A DNA stretch of 64,000 nucleotides from Octopus sinensis (taxonomy: Eukaryota). The notes below the pieces were generated by a model. That model was given only the letters and a program-made list of their open reading frames with translations. It made no database searches and was not told the origin of the DNA. The stretch covers positions 4,650,001-4,714,000 of the forward strand of contig NC_043001.1 in the NCBI RefSeq assembly GCF_006345805.1, in the 5' to 3' direction. How positions within the stretch are numbered: the stretch's first letter is position 1; every line of letters starts with the position of its first letter. Below are positions 11,690 through 23,644 of this stretch, one piece after another. The position numbers were made by a program, and so were the translations under genes.

Positions 11690-12345
11690 CTTGCAAACAA
11701 CTTGCACATGCTAGTGCTACCTGTCAAAAGCTCCGTATACCGGAAGCCACCAAGTGATGGGGTCATCAGGAGAGAATGCGTGCCGTTTCGGGGCCTACCT
11801 CTTGACGGCATCAATGCGCACCGGCCCCCCTCACTGATACTACGAGGTCCCGCTTGCTAGATCAACTGGTTATGAAGTTAAACTCAATATCCTTCTAGCC
11901 ATCGCTCATAGTCTCTTTTTAACCAAATCCAGAGGCTAGCCTTCTCCACTGTAGATCGGATATCAGTCATGGTGGTATTGACTTTACGATGAGTTAGGCC
12001 TAGCGATAACAACAGTCGTCTCACGCTGTGTCCAAGAAACCCTCTACATCCGACTTCGATAGGAAAATGTTCCGCTTTCCAGCCTGCGTCTTCACATACC
12101 TCGAGGAGGTTTACATAATGGTTCAATTTTCGAGCCCGAGCGGCGTCCATATTATCATGCGGAACCGTTAGCTCGAATATATTTACAACTTTCTTTCTTT
12201 CACACCACATCAAAATATCTGTCTTTTTCGTAACTGGGATGGGAAAGAAAACCTGGCACCCAGGTAAATCTGCAGTTACCTCCCAATAGCCATTCCACAT
12301 TTCATTTCTCTTAGGAAGTTTCTTGATCTTCTTCTTGAAACGGAG
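11690..12345 (-). mobile_element. HERO-like RLE non-LTR retrotransposon 3' fragment
   Basis: ORF 11884..12300 contains TDILMW, FELTVP, RKLNHY, PIEVGCRGF and EKASLWIWLKR, followed by a 3'UTR. Confidence 0.8.
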
Positions 12346-12364
12346 CTGCTGACCTGGTCATATA

Positions 12365-12560
12365 TCTCTTATTATAAAAGGCAGATTTTATCTGCCTCCC
12401 TTTGGGAGTTATACAAAACTACAATATAGGATTTCTTCAATTACAATTTACCTTGCATTTTTAAGAGTACAATGCATCGCGTCATGCCAGGTCCAGTTTT
12501 TAAAATTTAAACTCCAATTAAGCAAAATTTACAGAAAACTCACATTCTGGTGTGTGTGTC
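12365..12560 (+). mobile_element. Possible Helitron-like non-autonomous element 5' end
   Basis: It begins a|TCTCTTATTATAAAAGG, similar to the TC start of the Helitron at 14145. No 3' hairpin or CTAG was found. Confidence 0.35.
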
Positions 12561-12873
12561 AAATGCTTTTCTTAGTCTGGTTTACAGCACACGCAAACGC
12601 ACACACACAGTGGGCAACGAATAAAATGAAAGTAATTGACTTACTGTAGTGAGTGATTCTTTCACTCTGCCTCCCACTTCCTCTTTCAACACATAGACAC
12701 GCAAATATATAAATAAAATTGTAAGCTAACGTGCGTGTGTGTGAGTGGGTGTGTGTGGGTGTGCGCGTGTGTGTGTGTGTGAGGGTGCGTGTGTGTGTGT
12801 GTGTGCGTGTGCGTGAGTGTGTGACAGGAAAGATTTTTTCGACAAATAAACACCTATATCCAAGTAGCAGAAA

Positions 12874-13353
12874 GATAAGACAGTAAGGTGTGGTTTGAGG
12901 GAGATTTGGCTGCTATTTCTACCATGTCTAGCTGCCATGTAGGGGTCTCCCTCATAGGCTCATACATACATATATACATAGATAAGACAGTAAGGTGTGA
13001 TTTGGGGGAATTTGGCTGCTATTTCTACCAGGTCTAGCTGCCATGTAGGGGTCTCCCTCATAGGCTCATACATACATATATACATAGATAAGACAGTAAG
13101 GTGTGATTTGGGGGAAATTTGGCTGCTATTTCTACCAGGTCTAGCTGCCATGTAGGGGTCTCCCTCATAGGCTCATACATACATATATACATAGATAAAA
13201 CAGTAAGGTGTGATTTGGGGGAAATTTGGCTGCTATTTCTACCAGGTCTAGCTACCATGTAGAGGTCCCCCTCATTGGCTCATATATATATATACATACA
13301 TAAGACAGTAAGGTGTGATTTGAGGGAGATTTGGCTGCTATTTCTACCAGGTC
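12874..13353. repeat. Minisatellite with a 105-107-bp unit, about 4.5 copies
   Basis: Units start with gataagacagtaaggtgtg at 12874, 12981, 13087, 13194 and about 13299. Confidence 0.97.
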
Positions 13354-13379
13354 TGTTAGGCCTTCTCATGTAAACTCAA

Positions 13380-13640
13380 GCTTTCTCATGCCTTGAACAT
13401 AAGACCAAAGCAGAGAATGTATTCTTTTATTCTTCTGCTTTTTCCAGCCATTGGTCTGTGGCCATGCTGGGGCAATGCCTTGAAGAATTGTAGTTTAATG
13501 AATCAACTCCAGTTTTATTTTTGTAAGCATTGTACTTATTCTATCTGTTTCCTTTGTCAAACCACTAGGTGACAGGGATGTAAACAAACCAACATTCGTT
13601 GTCAAGCAGTGGTGGAGGACAATCACAAGCACAGACACGC
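13380..13640 (-). mobile_element. SINE
   Basis: Reverse-complement homology to 7440-7645 (gtggccatgctgg, gtacttattctatc, gttgtcaagc.gtgg). Confidence 0.6.
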
Positions 13641-13715
13641 ACACACACACACATACATGCATACACATATACACACATACATACATACATATATATATAT
13701 GTGTCTAAATATATA

Positions 13716-13974
13716 TTGCAGCCTGGAAGGTGTTTCTAAGCCATTTAAGAAACACACAAAAACCGTTATATTCACTTCAAAATTTAAATTTAATTTGCCA
13801 AAATATTTTCGTCGCTTTCAGACCGCGACCTGTTCACTGACAAAAATATCGTGCTAACAGGTCGCGGTCTCAAGGCGACGAAAATATTTTGACAAATTAA
13901 ATTTAAATGTTGAAGTGAATCTAACGGTTTTTGTGTGTTTCTTAAATGGCTTATAAACACCTTCAACGCTGCAA
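13716..13974. repeat. Long inverted repeat (foldback) with arms of about 118 bp and a spacer of about 22 bp
   Basis: ttgcagcc.ggaaggtgttt...gaccgcgacctgtt is mirrored by aacaggtcgcggtc...cttcaacgctgcaa, at roughly 90% identity by eye. Confidence 0.95.
13794..13844 (-). ncRNA. Minimal type-I hammerhead-ribozyme-like motif with G3:C8 core
   Basis: The minus strand reads TTTGTCA GTGAACA G GTCGC ggtctgaaa GCGAC GAA AATATT T TGGCAAA: 7-bp stem I, 5-bp stem II and palindromic stem III. Confidence 0.55.
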
Positions 13975-14034
13975 CTGTTTTCGTTCCAGCACACGATCTC
14001 AGATCAAGTCACTTGCTATGCAAGTACATCTCTG

Positions 14035-14081
<47 letters not shown>

Positions 14082-14144
14082 TGGTAAAAACAGTAAGATA
14101 ACAAAAGAAAGAAAGAGACCTCAATATTATGTAAATAGAGGAAA

Positions 14145-14538
14145 TCTTTATATATAAAAGTGAGGTTGTGTGTCTGTCTCCTACGATTTAGATTCCTAAC
14201 TACTCCCACATTTTGCGGTGCAGTTTAACCAAAACCGGGTATCTTATAGTCGTGATTCATATCGAGACCGTCTGGGTATTAGCGCGCGTCTACGATGAGT
14301 CTACGATTTAAAAAAAAATTACCATCAATTTTTCCCATTTTTAATCCATTTTTGACATATATAAGGGAAGTAACTCTCTAAAATTTATTATTAAATCTCA
14401 GAACGTAAAAAGCTACAGTAACACCCCTCCCCCTTTGTGGTTAGCCATATTGAGATGGCTATTATACTTTACATCTCTAAAAATGCTTATATAATTATTT
14501 CCCTTACAAACCCGAGCAACGCCGGGCGATTCTGCTAG
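14145..14538 (+). mobile_element. Complete non-autonomous Helitron, 394 bp
   Basis: 5' TC at 14145 preceded by A; hairpin CCCGAGCAACGCCGGG at 14511-14526; CTAG at 14535-14538 followed by T. This is an A|T insertion with no target-site duplication. Confidence 0.85.
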
Positions 14539-14554
14539 TATATATATAAAACTA

Positions 14555-15115
14555 ACAGCAGAACTCGAAGCAATTCAGAGAAGCTACACAAAGAAAATCG
14601 TCTCAATGCAAAATATCAGCTACTGGGAAAGACTGGAAGTATTTAACCTCTTCTCTCTAGAGCGGAGGCGGGAGAGATATGCGGTGATATACATCTGGAA
14701 AATCCTGGAGAGTCTTGTCCCAAACTTTGGCATTCAAAGTTACCCCAACCGCAGAACGGGGCGCCACTGCATGGTGCCAAATATTCCAACATCACCATCA
14801 AAATACAGGTCCAGATACTGCAACAGCTTGGGTTTCAGAGGACCCCAGCTCTTTAACATCCTCCCTAAATGCCTGAGAGACTTACATGGTGTGGATGTGG
14901 GTTTCTTTAAAACTAAACTGGATCTCTTCTTGTCGGGAGTTCCAGATGAACCTACCTCACGACAGGAGACGAAGATGCGGGCAGCAGCATCGAACTCCCT
15001 TGTTGATCAAGTGCCACCTGTCAGAGGTGGATTCACATATTAGTGTAGCTCAATCAGCGGTGGTGCCCCAGCATGGCCGCGGCCTTCGAGCTAAAACATT
15101 TTTAAGGATTTAAGG

Positions 15116-15120
<5 letters not shown>
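14555..15120 (+). mobile_element. CR1/L2-group LINE 3' end
   Basis: ELEAIQRSYTKKI..SYWERLEVFNLFSLERRRERY..IWKI and FKTKLDLFL, a short 3'UTR, and a TAAGGATT tandem tail before (TA)n. Confidence 0.85.
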
Positions 15121-15181
<61 letters not shown>

Positions 15182-16669
15182 GTATGTATGCATGTATGTA
15201 TGGAGATAGATGGATTGATAGTTACATACATACGTACATCCATCCATCCATAAATACATATATTTTGATAACGTGAGAGAGCTTAGGCTCACAAAATGTA
15301 AAGTGCAGACCATTACAAATTGATTGAAATAACTACAAAACTCGAATAACGTACACTGATTATACTTTGGTCTAAAAGGTCTAATCAGATAATTATTGTT
15401 TTAAACAATTTAGAGGACAAACAAGTGACAGAAAGACATAGAATAAACGCTAAAATCTAAGCAAAGTGTAGCGTTGAATCGATGGCTAGAAAATTGCAAC
15501 GTATCTAGTACCTATAATAATATAATAGTTTTCATGATTAAAAAAACTCAACAGAATCGGAAACGTTTATCGAAAAATTCCAAAGCTGAAGCCAATGACA
15601 ACGAATTTTCTTTTTATCTCAACCTTGACACTAGTGACTCCCATGTGTACTATAAGTAAGTGGAAATCATGATATGACTGCTGAATATGCTGAGATGACT
15701 CGGAAATAGTTGAATAATTTGTGTAGAGAGTCCATGATCTGCAGTTCCTGTGGTTTTCATTCAGCAATTATTGATGCATTACCGTATACCAAAATAACCT
15801 ATAGATGATATATTCTGAGATGAATATACATCGATTATATTCTCTTCGATATTTCGGTGGACTCCAATGAAGATTTGATGTCTACTCAACAGCTTGAAAT
15901 TTTAGTCATGAAGAAGCGGCTCATAATATAAATATCCTAACGTAAGTAACGTTTCAATAAGAGAATTTATCATCACATTTAAGAAAGCATTCATAACAGA
16001 AAATGTACAAAGTGGAGATTGAAAACATAAGGATTTCTTCAAATATTAGCGCGGTATTGAACAATAACACAAAATTCAAGCAAATATATAAAGCCTCAGT
16101 ATGGCATTACTGAGCACTTCACATCAAATACATAGAGAACTATCAATATATTAACAAAATACAGAACAAAACAAATCATGGCGTATATATCCAGATCTGT
16201 GTTCGCTTGTGCTGTGAAAAACGCAACAAATATTAGTCTAGTGAAAAATGTTATTATAATCTAATTGTTTACACAATACACAAGCCAAAAACAGATTTAT
16301 TGTCTACCGTTAAAAAGCTAATCTAATTATTGTAATTGAGTCAATGCTTTACTGTTATAAAAAGTATTTCATGACAAACATTGATTATATTAAAAACAAA
16401 CATTGGTTGAGAGCAAAAAAATTCCAGTGGAATGTTTTGCATTACAACACTCCAGTAATACCTAGTAATTGATATATGTGGTTATTTCACATAGCGATTA
16501 TTAATTCGTATCCCGAATTACAGGAAATGACAGGACACTATGAGATTACCATGGTTTTAATTTATAAATTATATAATGCTTCGTAAACTTTCTCCCTTCT
16601 TTCTCTCTACATATGTACGCAGAAACACATATGTATATAAATATGTATGTATGTAACATATATATGTAA

Positions 16670-16762
<93 letters not shown>

Positions 16763-17870
16763 ACATACATATATATTTTTATTTATCTTCTGTCTTCTAT
16801 GTGTTGCAGGTATTCAAGTTCAGTCTCACTGGAGAAACGGTTTGAAAGATTTTCTCTGTAGTCGAACGAAATACGGTTGCTGTATCAGTAATTGTATTTA
16901 CATACCTGCTACGTGAATTGTGCTTAATATGCAAATTTTACTATATACGAGTGTTACACAGCCAAACTAAGTGTTTACATAATATGTTCGTAGCTAGTAC
17001 ATGGGTTACCGGAGAGCTGATCAAAGTGCAATTACCCTTGAAATATTAACATGCATCCATATTTTTTACACAGTTTTTCTCGCTTCGATCGTATTGTTTA
17101 TATTGACGCATTTCTATACGAGACGTCGTAGCTTAGGTTGCTGGCTTTGACTGTTGTAGAACATCCCTGAAAGTGATGCAAAAACACACCAACACACGCT
17201 AACAGATGATATGGACTTGTAACCCAGTAATATTTCCTTTAGTATATTATGGTTCTAAAGCGAAGGAGAGCTGCCTTGCCGAAATGAAATTTATGAAATA
17301 ATGACCAGAATAATTTCCAGTAATATCAAAGTATTGTTACAGGAATTATATTTAGTATATTAAATGCATTGTTTTCTAATTTCTGAGGTAATACGGATCA
17401 GCGATTCTAATATATTATTTCAGCAATGAGTAACATTTACGTATCGAATCGATATTTTTGACCAGAAACATATTGCAATTGACATTTTGAAATGTTTTAC
17501 TGAAATGCGACCTGCGCTACGTACGTGAGCAACAATACTTTCCTCCATACGGGGAAACATTTAACAGCGAAACATTTATCGCCTCGTTGGCCTCAAATAA
17601 ATAAATGATTATTAACTTACTGAGAACCGTAAACTCACGAACAGTGAACAAGGGAACTTATTGCTTAATTCCAGAAACTTCTTCGTGCTCAAAGAAGCTT
17701 GGCTCCCAAGAGCATGTTCTCGAGTATTGTCTCACTGCTGAGCATCCTGGTTAAGTGATTTTTCCTATAGTAGCTCCGAGTTGACCAACACTTACTTTGT
17801 AAATTTGTTACATACATATATACATATATATACACATACACATATTCATACTTAGAATATCTGTGTGTGC

Positions 17871-17915
<45 letters not shown>

Positions 17916-17952
17916 CCGGTCATTCAAAATGTGATCGCGTGTATACGTGTAT

Positions 17953-18146
17953 ACCGTTGGCGATTTATTTCCTCCGTCTTCCCTTCTTTGGATCTTTCCT
18001 TTTCCTATGTTTCTGACGAAGAGCTCCGGTCGAAATGTTAAATCCTCCTTCTTTACTTCTTCCCTGAGCGTCCAATAACACTATACTTGTTCCACATCCT
18101 CGCGTTCTCGTGATTTCTCTTTGTGTTTTCATGTTTGGATTAACTT
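17953..18146 (+). mobile_element. Penelope-type terminal repeat (solo pLTR-like)
   Basis: Pyrimidine-rich repeat containing CTGACGA...GAAA and ending at (TA)n. A related diverged copy lies at 60820-61010. Confidence 0.55.
18009..18043 (+). ncRNA. Decayed minimal hammerhead-like motif with canonical CTGACGA core
   Basis: GTTT CTGACGA A GAGC tcc GGTC GAA ATGT T AAAT, with a mismatch in each stem. Confidence 0.4.
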
Positions 18147-18167
18147 TATATATATATATATATATGT

Positions 18168-18455
18168 CAGAGTTCGTGATTATTTCCGAGTGCGTAGTTC
18201 GGAGATCAGAGAGGTGGTCCAGATAGAGACAATTGTTCTCCGAATTGAAAGTCCAAAGCTCCAATGCTACGGATGTATGTTAAAAGTGTCTCTCGAAAGA
18301 ATCCTCGGGCATATTCTGCGGATCAAAATAACTGACAGGTAAATCAAGGAAGATGGTTGCGTGACATCCATGAGCCGTATCAGTTGGTTGCTACTGACAT
18401 GACCTGATGGAAGGCGTGTTTCAGGAATCTGCCTCCACGAACCACCCAGGAATAA
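18168..18455 (+). mobile_element. Degenerate RTE-like LINE C-terminal fragment
   Basis: VRSSEIREVVQIETIVLRIESPKLQCYGCMLKVSLERI resembles the R..QLRWYGHV.RM..ER motif. Confidence 0.55.
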
Positions 18456-19806
18456 ATGAACGCAGATGATATAATACATACATATAAGAACATACTTACA
18501 TAGATAGGCATAACTGGCTGTGTGTTAAAAAGCTGTTTTCCCAACCATAAGGTTCTGGGTTCAGTCCCACTGCATGGTACCGTAGACATGTGATTTCCAG
18601 TATGGCTTCCGGCCGATCAAATAAAGTAGCCCCCAAAAGTGAATTAATGCGTAATAAGAGACTAATCAGATATGAGATAATAACAATTCAAGGTAAATAA
18701 CTTACAGAAGTACTTTTGTGTGCGCCCAGAGTATATTACTCGCAGAGGCACTAATGCTGGCATATTAGCGAATTAGTCACTAAGCAAAATAGGGGGATCT
18801 ATTATTTAGGAAAATACTATTTATTTGTTTACGGGTTGTACTGGATAAATTCCGAAAATAATTCTAACAGTTCAAATACCAAGAAATAAGCATACACAAT
18901 TTAATTTTTACAAAATAATTTAGGAAAATAAATTGATCATTTCCCTTGGCTATATATAAGGATCACTTCCAAGGGCTCTGTTGTTGACCTTTTTCAACAA
19001 TCTGAACATGCCGAGAGGTTTCGAGATGTGAGTTCTACTCACGTATCACTTTTCATCAAAATCGATAAAATGATGTAGAGGGAGTTAGCTAACAACTCCA
19101 CAAACACACCCACAAACAGAATGTCCCACATATTTATTATATATATATATATATTATATATATATATTTACATACATATAAATGTGTATGTGTTTGTACG
19201 TACTCGTCTGTGCGTTTTGTGTGTGTCTATATCTGTCTGTACTCTGGTCCTTGTGTTTCATCACCGTGCATTGCTTGGACGGTGCTTTTCATTGCTTGTC
19301 TACGGCTCTCATAATTGTAGATTACGCGGTGTGTTAATTACTTCTTTAATATTTGCCCGTGTGCTCCAGGTGTAACACGCTGGTTTAGCTTCTGCATGTA
19401 CTTTTTTCTGAATACCTTTCTTTAGCAAATGTGTTGCTCGAAAACGGTAGTTAAAACGATATATTTCGCGAGTTTCTGTATTCCTTATTAATATTGCCTT
19501 TCGCGGTTTTGTCATATTGGAAGATTTAAGTTTTAATATATTTCGTTTTAGAATTTTTATACAGAATATTACTATTTCTTTGCATATTTGTATACTTGGC
19601 AGTGTGCTCTACGATGGTGTATATATGTGTTCATAGAAATTTATGCTGGCTGGTTGGAAGGTTGGTAGATTGGTAGGCTGGTAGGTTGGTAGGTTGGTCG
19701 TTTGCCAATTGACAAAGAACATCAATAGAAATATATGGGAATGTGTGAACTGCATCTCTGCACCACACACGCGCACACATACAATACACACACAAACATA
19801 TATATA

Positions 19807-19837
<31 letters not shown>

Positions 19838-19923
19838 AATACACATATTCATATTTATAGTGAGAGAAATTCAGATATTTATGCGCACTTAAATATATAC
19901 ATATATACGCATTCACACGCACG

Positions 19924-19961
<38 letters not shown>

Positions 19962-21290
19962 GTAGACAGTGGTGCATGAAATAAATAATTTGTCTACGCA
20001 ATCTCCTCCAGTAAATCGATTAAGAAACGATTTTACAAACAAAAAACATAAACAAACGAAATCATAAAAACGCACATCAAGATATAATTACTGTAAAATA
20101 CATGGATATATAATTGTTGTCTAAATATTCATCTACAAAATATCAATACTTTTAGCGTTTCGTTTTGGTGTGTTTATGATTTTTTCCATAATAAATTATT
20201 CTTTTTAATTTCTATAGACATATCAGTTCACTTCTTAAGCCCATCCAGCACCCCTCACAATATGTCCCCGAAATAAGTAAGAACAACATGTCGAGGAGGA
20301 TGAACATTAGCAGCCCATCTTCGAAGGTCACAGAAAGAGTTGCAGAACAATAACGACGGCGGCCATCCCAGCAATACAGTCAATAACAAGAACGAAATCA
20401 AGCACAAAAGCAACAGAAACGACCAGAAACAGGGGAGCAACGCTGCTAACAAAGACACCACGAATACAGGAAAAGGGAACAATAATTTACAACAGTACTA
20501 CGGCTACCACTGAGTGTAACAACAGAAGCAAATTATAATAATTCTAATAATAAAACACTCTTCGTATGGCAGGAAACTACATCCGGTTATGTAGCCAGTA
20601 TGTGGAATGACCAAAGTTGCCTTTAACTACAACTACCTTCTGATCAATTTTGGGCAAGTGTAGTAACCGTGAGACCTCACTGAGGCCAAGAAATACCAGG
20701 CTGGCGACTGCCGGGGTCAAGTCTATCTCATTGGATGGCGGGTTCCTTTATCCTGTCCCAGCAACCCTCTAGAAGTGTCTCAATAAACACTCCGATGGAT
20801 GTGCCACCTCGACACCAAAATCGTTAGCGAGCAGAACGAAATGTTGAGCGGTATTTTTCCCGCCGCTGCGTTCTGATTTCAAATTCCGCTGAGGTCGACT
20901 TTGCCTTTTATTCTTTCGCCTTTCATCATTTCGACTCTTTGAATTCCTCAAGATTTCCGGCCTTGTGCTTTAGTAGAGAGGGTTATTATGATCGTAATTA
21001 CAATCGAAGCTTCCAGAAGTGATGCCATTGCAGAGCGCAATAAATATTAGAAATCCTAGACTAGCAATACCATATGATTATAGAGGAGAGCCTCAAGAAA
21101 TTGATAGAAATAAGAAATGTATGAACCGAAGCCGTGTGGTGAAGTGATTGGGGGAAACAAAGCTTAAAATTTATGAAATGGATGTATTTGGCACAACACA
21201 CAAATCGCTAAAGTACAGATGTATACAGGAATTGAGACACATTCATGGCGGGTAGAATATGAAAAACCGTGTATTCTTCGGAATTTTATA

Positions 21291-21720
21291 AGGAATTTCA
21301 ACAGTGTTTCATGGTCTTCCACCACAACTGCTTCTTATAGGATCCAGTTAACTCAAGACGTCATCAGGAGGAACCATGTCCGGTTTCGGCCCCTACTCCT
21401 CTACCGTTTTTACGTGGTGCCCCCCCCCGTTTCGGAGGTGTCTTGAGCTCTGGTGTTGGGTGCATGTCTTCTTTCTCCTTTCTTCTGCTGTTCCCTGGCC
21501 TCTGCGATGTAGCGTCAACGGGCGACTGACTGTCTTGTCAAATGTTTTCCTTTAAATACCTGTGGCTAGTCTCCAGCAGGTAGCCCCAGCGAGTTGTCAC
21601 GTGACACTGTCTCAACTCTAACTGGCCAATGAGGGTGCGTAGTCTCAGCCCACGCATTCCCTAAACAATACCGTCATCTGTCAATCAGCGAAGCTAATTC
21701 AGTGTGAGCTTGTCTCACCT
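21291..21720 (-). mobile_element. Interspersed repeat of unknown class with promoter-like motifs
   Basis: 21291-21530 is homologous to 59407-59650. The minus strand carries ATTGG, GTCACGTGAC and TATTTAAAG, which is LTR-like. Confidence 0.5.
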
Positions 21721-21984
21721 AGTGATATATTAAAACGGCATGATATATTAAATTAATATGCATCGAATTCATCATGTTCATGATGATGATCATCATCATC
21801 ACCGTCATCATAATCGTAGTCGTCGTCGTCCTCATGTTCCACCTCCTCCTCCTCATCATCATCATTATTATCACTAGTATTTTTATATTTATTTTATTGC
21901 CATAATGAAAAATCTTTGTGTTGCTCCAACGATTTATAGTTTGCATAACGTTTAGACTAGCATAGAAGTAATATTATTTCCAAC

Positions 21985-22049
21985 GATTTGATACACACAC
22001 ACACACATCTATATATATATATATAATATATATATATATATAATATATA

Positions 22050-22119
<70 letters not shown>

Positions 22120-22145
22120 TATATATATATATATAGATATAGATA
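21985..22145. repeat. (TA)n microsatellite
   Basis: Directly visible. Confidence 0.95.
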
Positions 22146-22769
22146 CACACCCACTTTGTCTGCTGTATAGACTTCACACGTATCTATTAAAGCGAGAAAT
22201 TTAATTTTACTTATACCGTTGCTTTAGGGAAATATTCATTTTTTTCCTTCCCTTTCGTTTAAAACTGCCGACTGAAAATATTGAGAAAACGTTCTCAATC
22301 TAAAAGAAAACAAAGAAAGAAATGAAAGTTTATATATTCTCACATAAAACAATTAATACTGAAATATCCAGAAAGTTCTTTTGGAAAGCATTTATTTCTT
22401 TCCTCGGAAACAATTCCGAAAACTTCTCGTGCCATGTACTGAAGCAAACAACAATCTCTGGTTGATCATTTGCTAAACTCTTTACCCTTCTTTCCTACAA
22501 TTTTTACATTCCTTACACCCATGTCTTATATATTATGGAGTCAAATGTATAATTCTGTTTTTAGTTTCCACTCATTTAATCAACACCTTTTTTGAAATAT
22601 TACAGGAAATAACCGGAGAAATCTCATCTCCATTTTATTTCCAATGTTTGTTTGGATTCCCTCTTACTCATCCTTTGTGATGGCGCGCGGGAAATTGGAA
22701 GTAAGTTCGATTCATGGCGGCCCATTGTGTCCCTATCGGGACTCTTCATTTTACGTCGTTCCTGTCCAC

Positions 22770-22900
22770 TCAGCAGGAAAAATTAGATGCACCCGTATGC
22801 CAAAGTGCCGGCACACTATGTACTACGTTAACGGTACGTGTATCCGTGGGGTCCTAAGTCCTGATGTTAATTCGACGAGCAGGATGCTCCGATGATTGAA
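22770..22900 (-). mobile_element. Diverged SINE 3' part, same family as 61020-61390
   Basis: The reverse complement shows cgttaacgtagt, gaattaacatcagg and gttgattcaatca, homologous to the core of that family. Confidence 0.45.
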
Positions 22901-23644
22901 TCAACTGGGATATTCGTCGTCGATACAGACGGAGCGTCAGTTCCTTACTCTCCATCTCCTTCATCTTAATTTTGTTTTTCCGTTTCTTTTCCATTTTTTC
23001 CCCCGACCCTATCTGCCAACTGCCCTACATCTCCCCATGACTTTATATATTTATTTGTCTTTTGATTATTTGTTTGAATCCCCCCCTGACCATCCAGTGA
23101 GTTTCTCTTGCCATGATCAATCACACCGTTCTCTCAGAATATATATCTTACTTATGACTGGGGATTTAAGCAGGACATGAGTATAGGATGGGTCTTCGTG
23201 CATCTTACTCAGTTAGTTTATCAGAAAAGGAGCAGAATGTTCGCCGCTATCTCAGAGGGTCTTAAATACTATTATCCGAATCCTTAGGTGTTATTGTCTA
23301 TTTTCGTTCCTTACTTCCTCGAGGCAGCATGTTCTGTAGCTTTTGCTACACCAAATATAACATTTAGTCTTTCTTTCCCGCACCACCAAATTCATTTCTA
23401 GGGTATTTTGACCTACGACTGGACACAATCGTTTGATTGGTGTTTGAAAGTCATCCATGCATTCGACCGTTCTTTGTCAGAGTGCCGCAAGTCATGCTTA
23501 TTTTCATATCCCAATTTAGGTTTTTCAATAACTATTCTCTGCTTAAAAATTTATTTTAGAGAATAATAATTGGAAACATCGATGCATCGTTACTATATAG
23601 TAAATACTACTACAAGAATGCATTTACCTGTATTATTATTATTA

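Noticed and set aside
12874-13353. CRISPR array
   Set aside because: Whole units repeat with no unique spacers, there are no cas genes, and the context is eukaryotic.
16096-16211. Minus-strand terminal exon encoding a transmembrane helix (AQANTDLDIYAMICFVLYFVNILIVLYVFDVKCSVMPY*)
   Set aside because: T-rich sequence gives such peptides by chance, and I found no convincing upstream exon.
21350-21395. Type-II hammerhead (GAAACCGGAC...CTGATGA on the minus strand)
   Set aside because: U16.1 is absent, the stem II arms do not pair, and the second copy at 59470 lacks GAAA.
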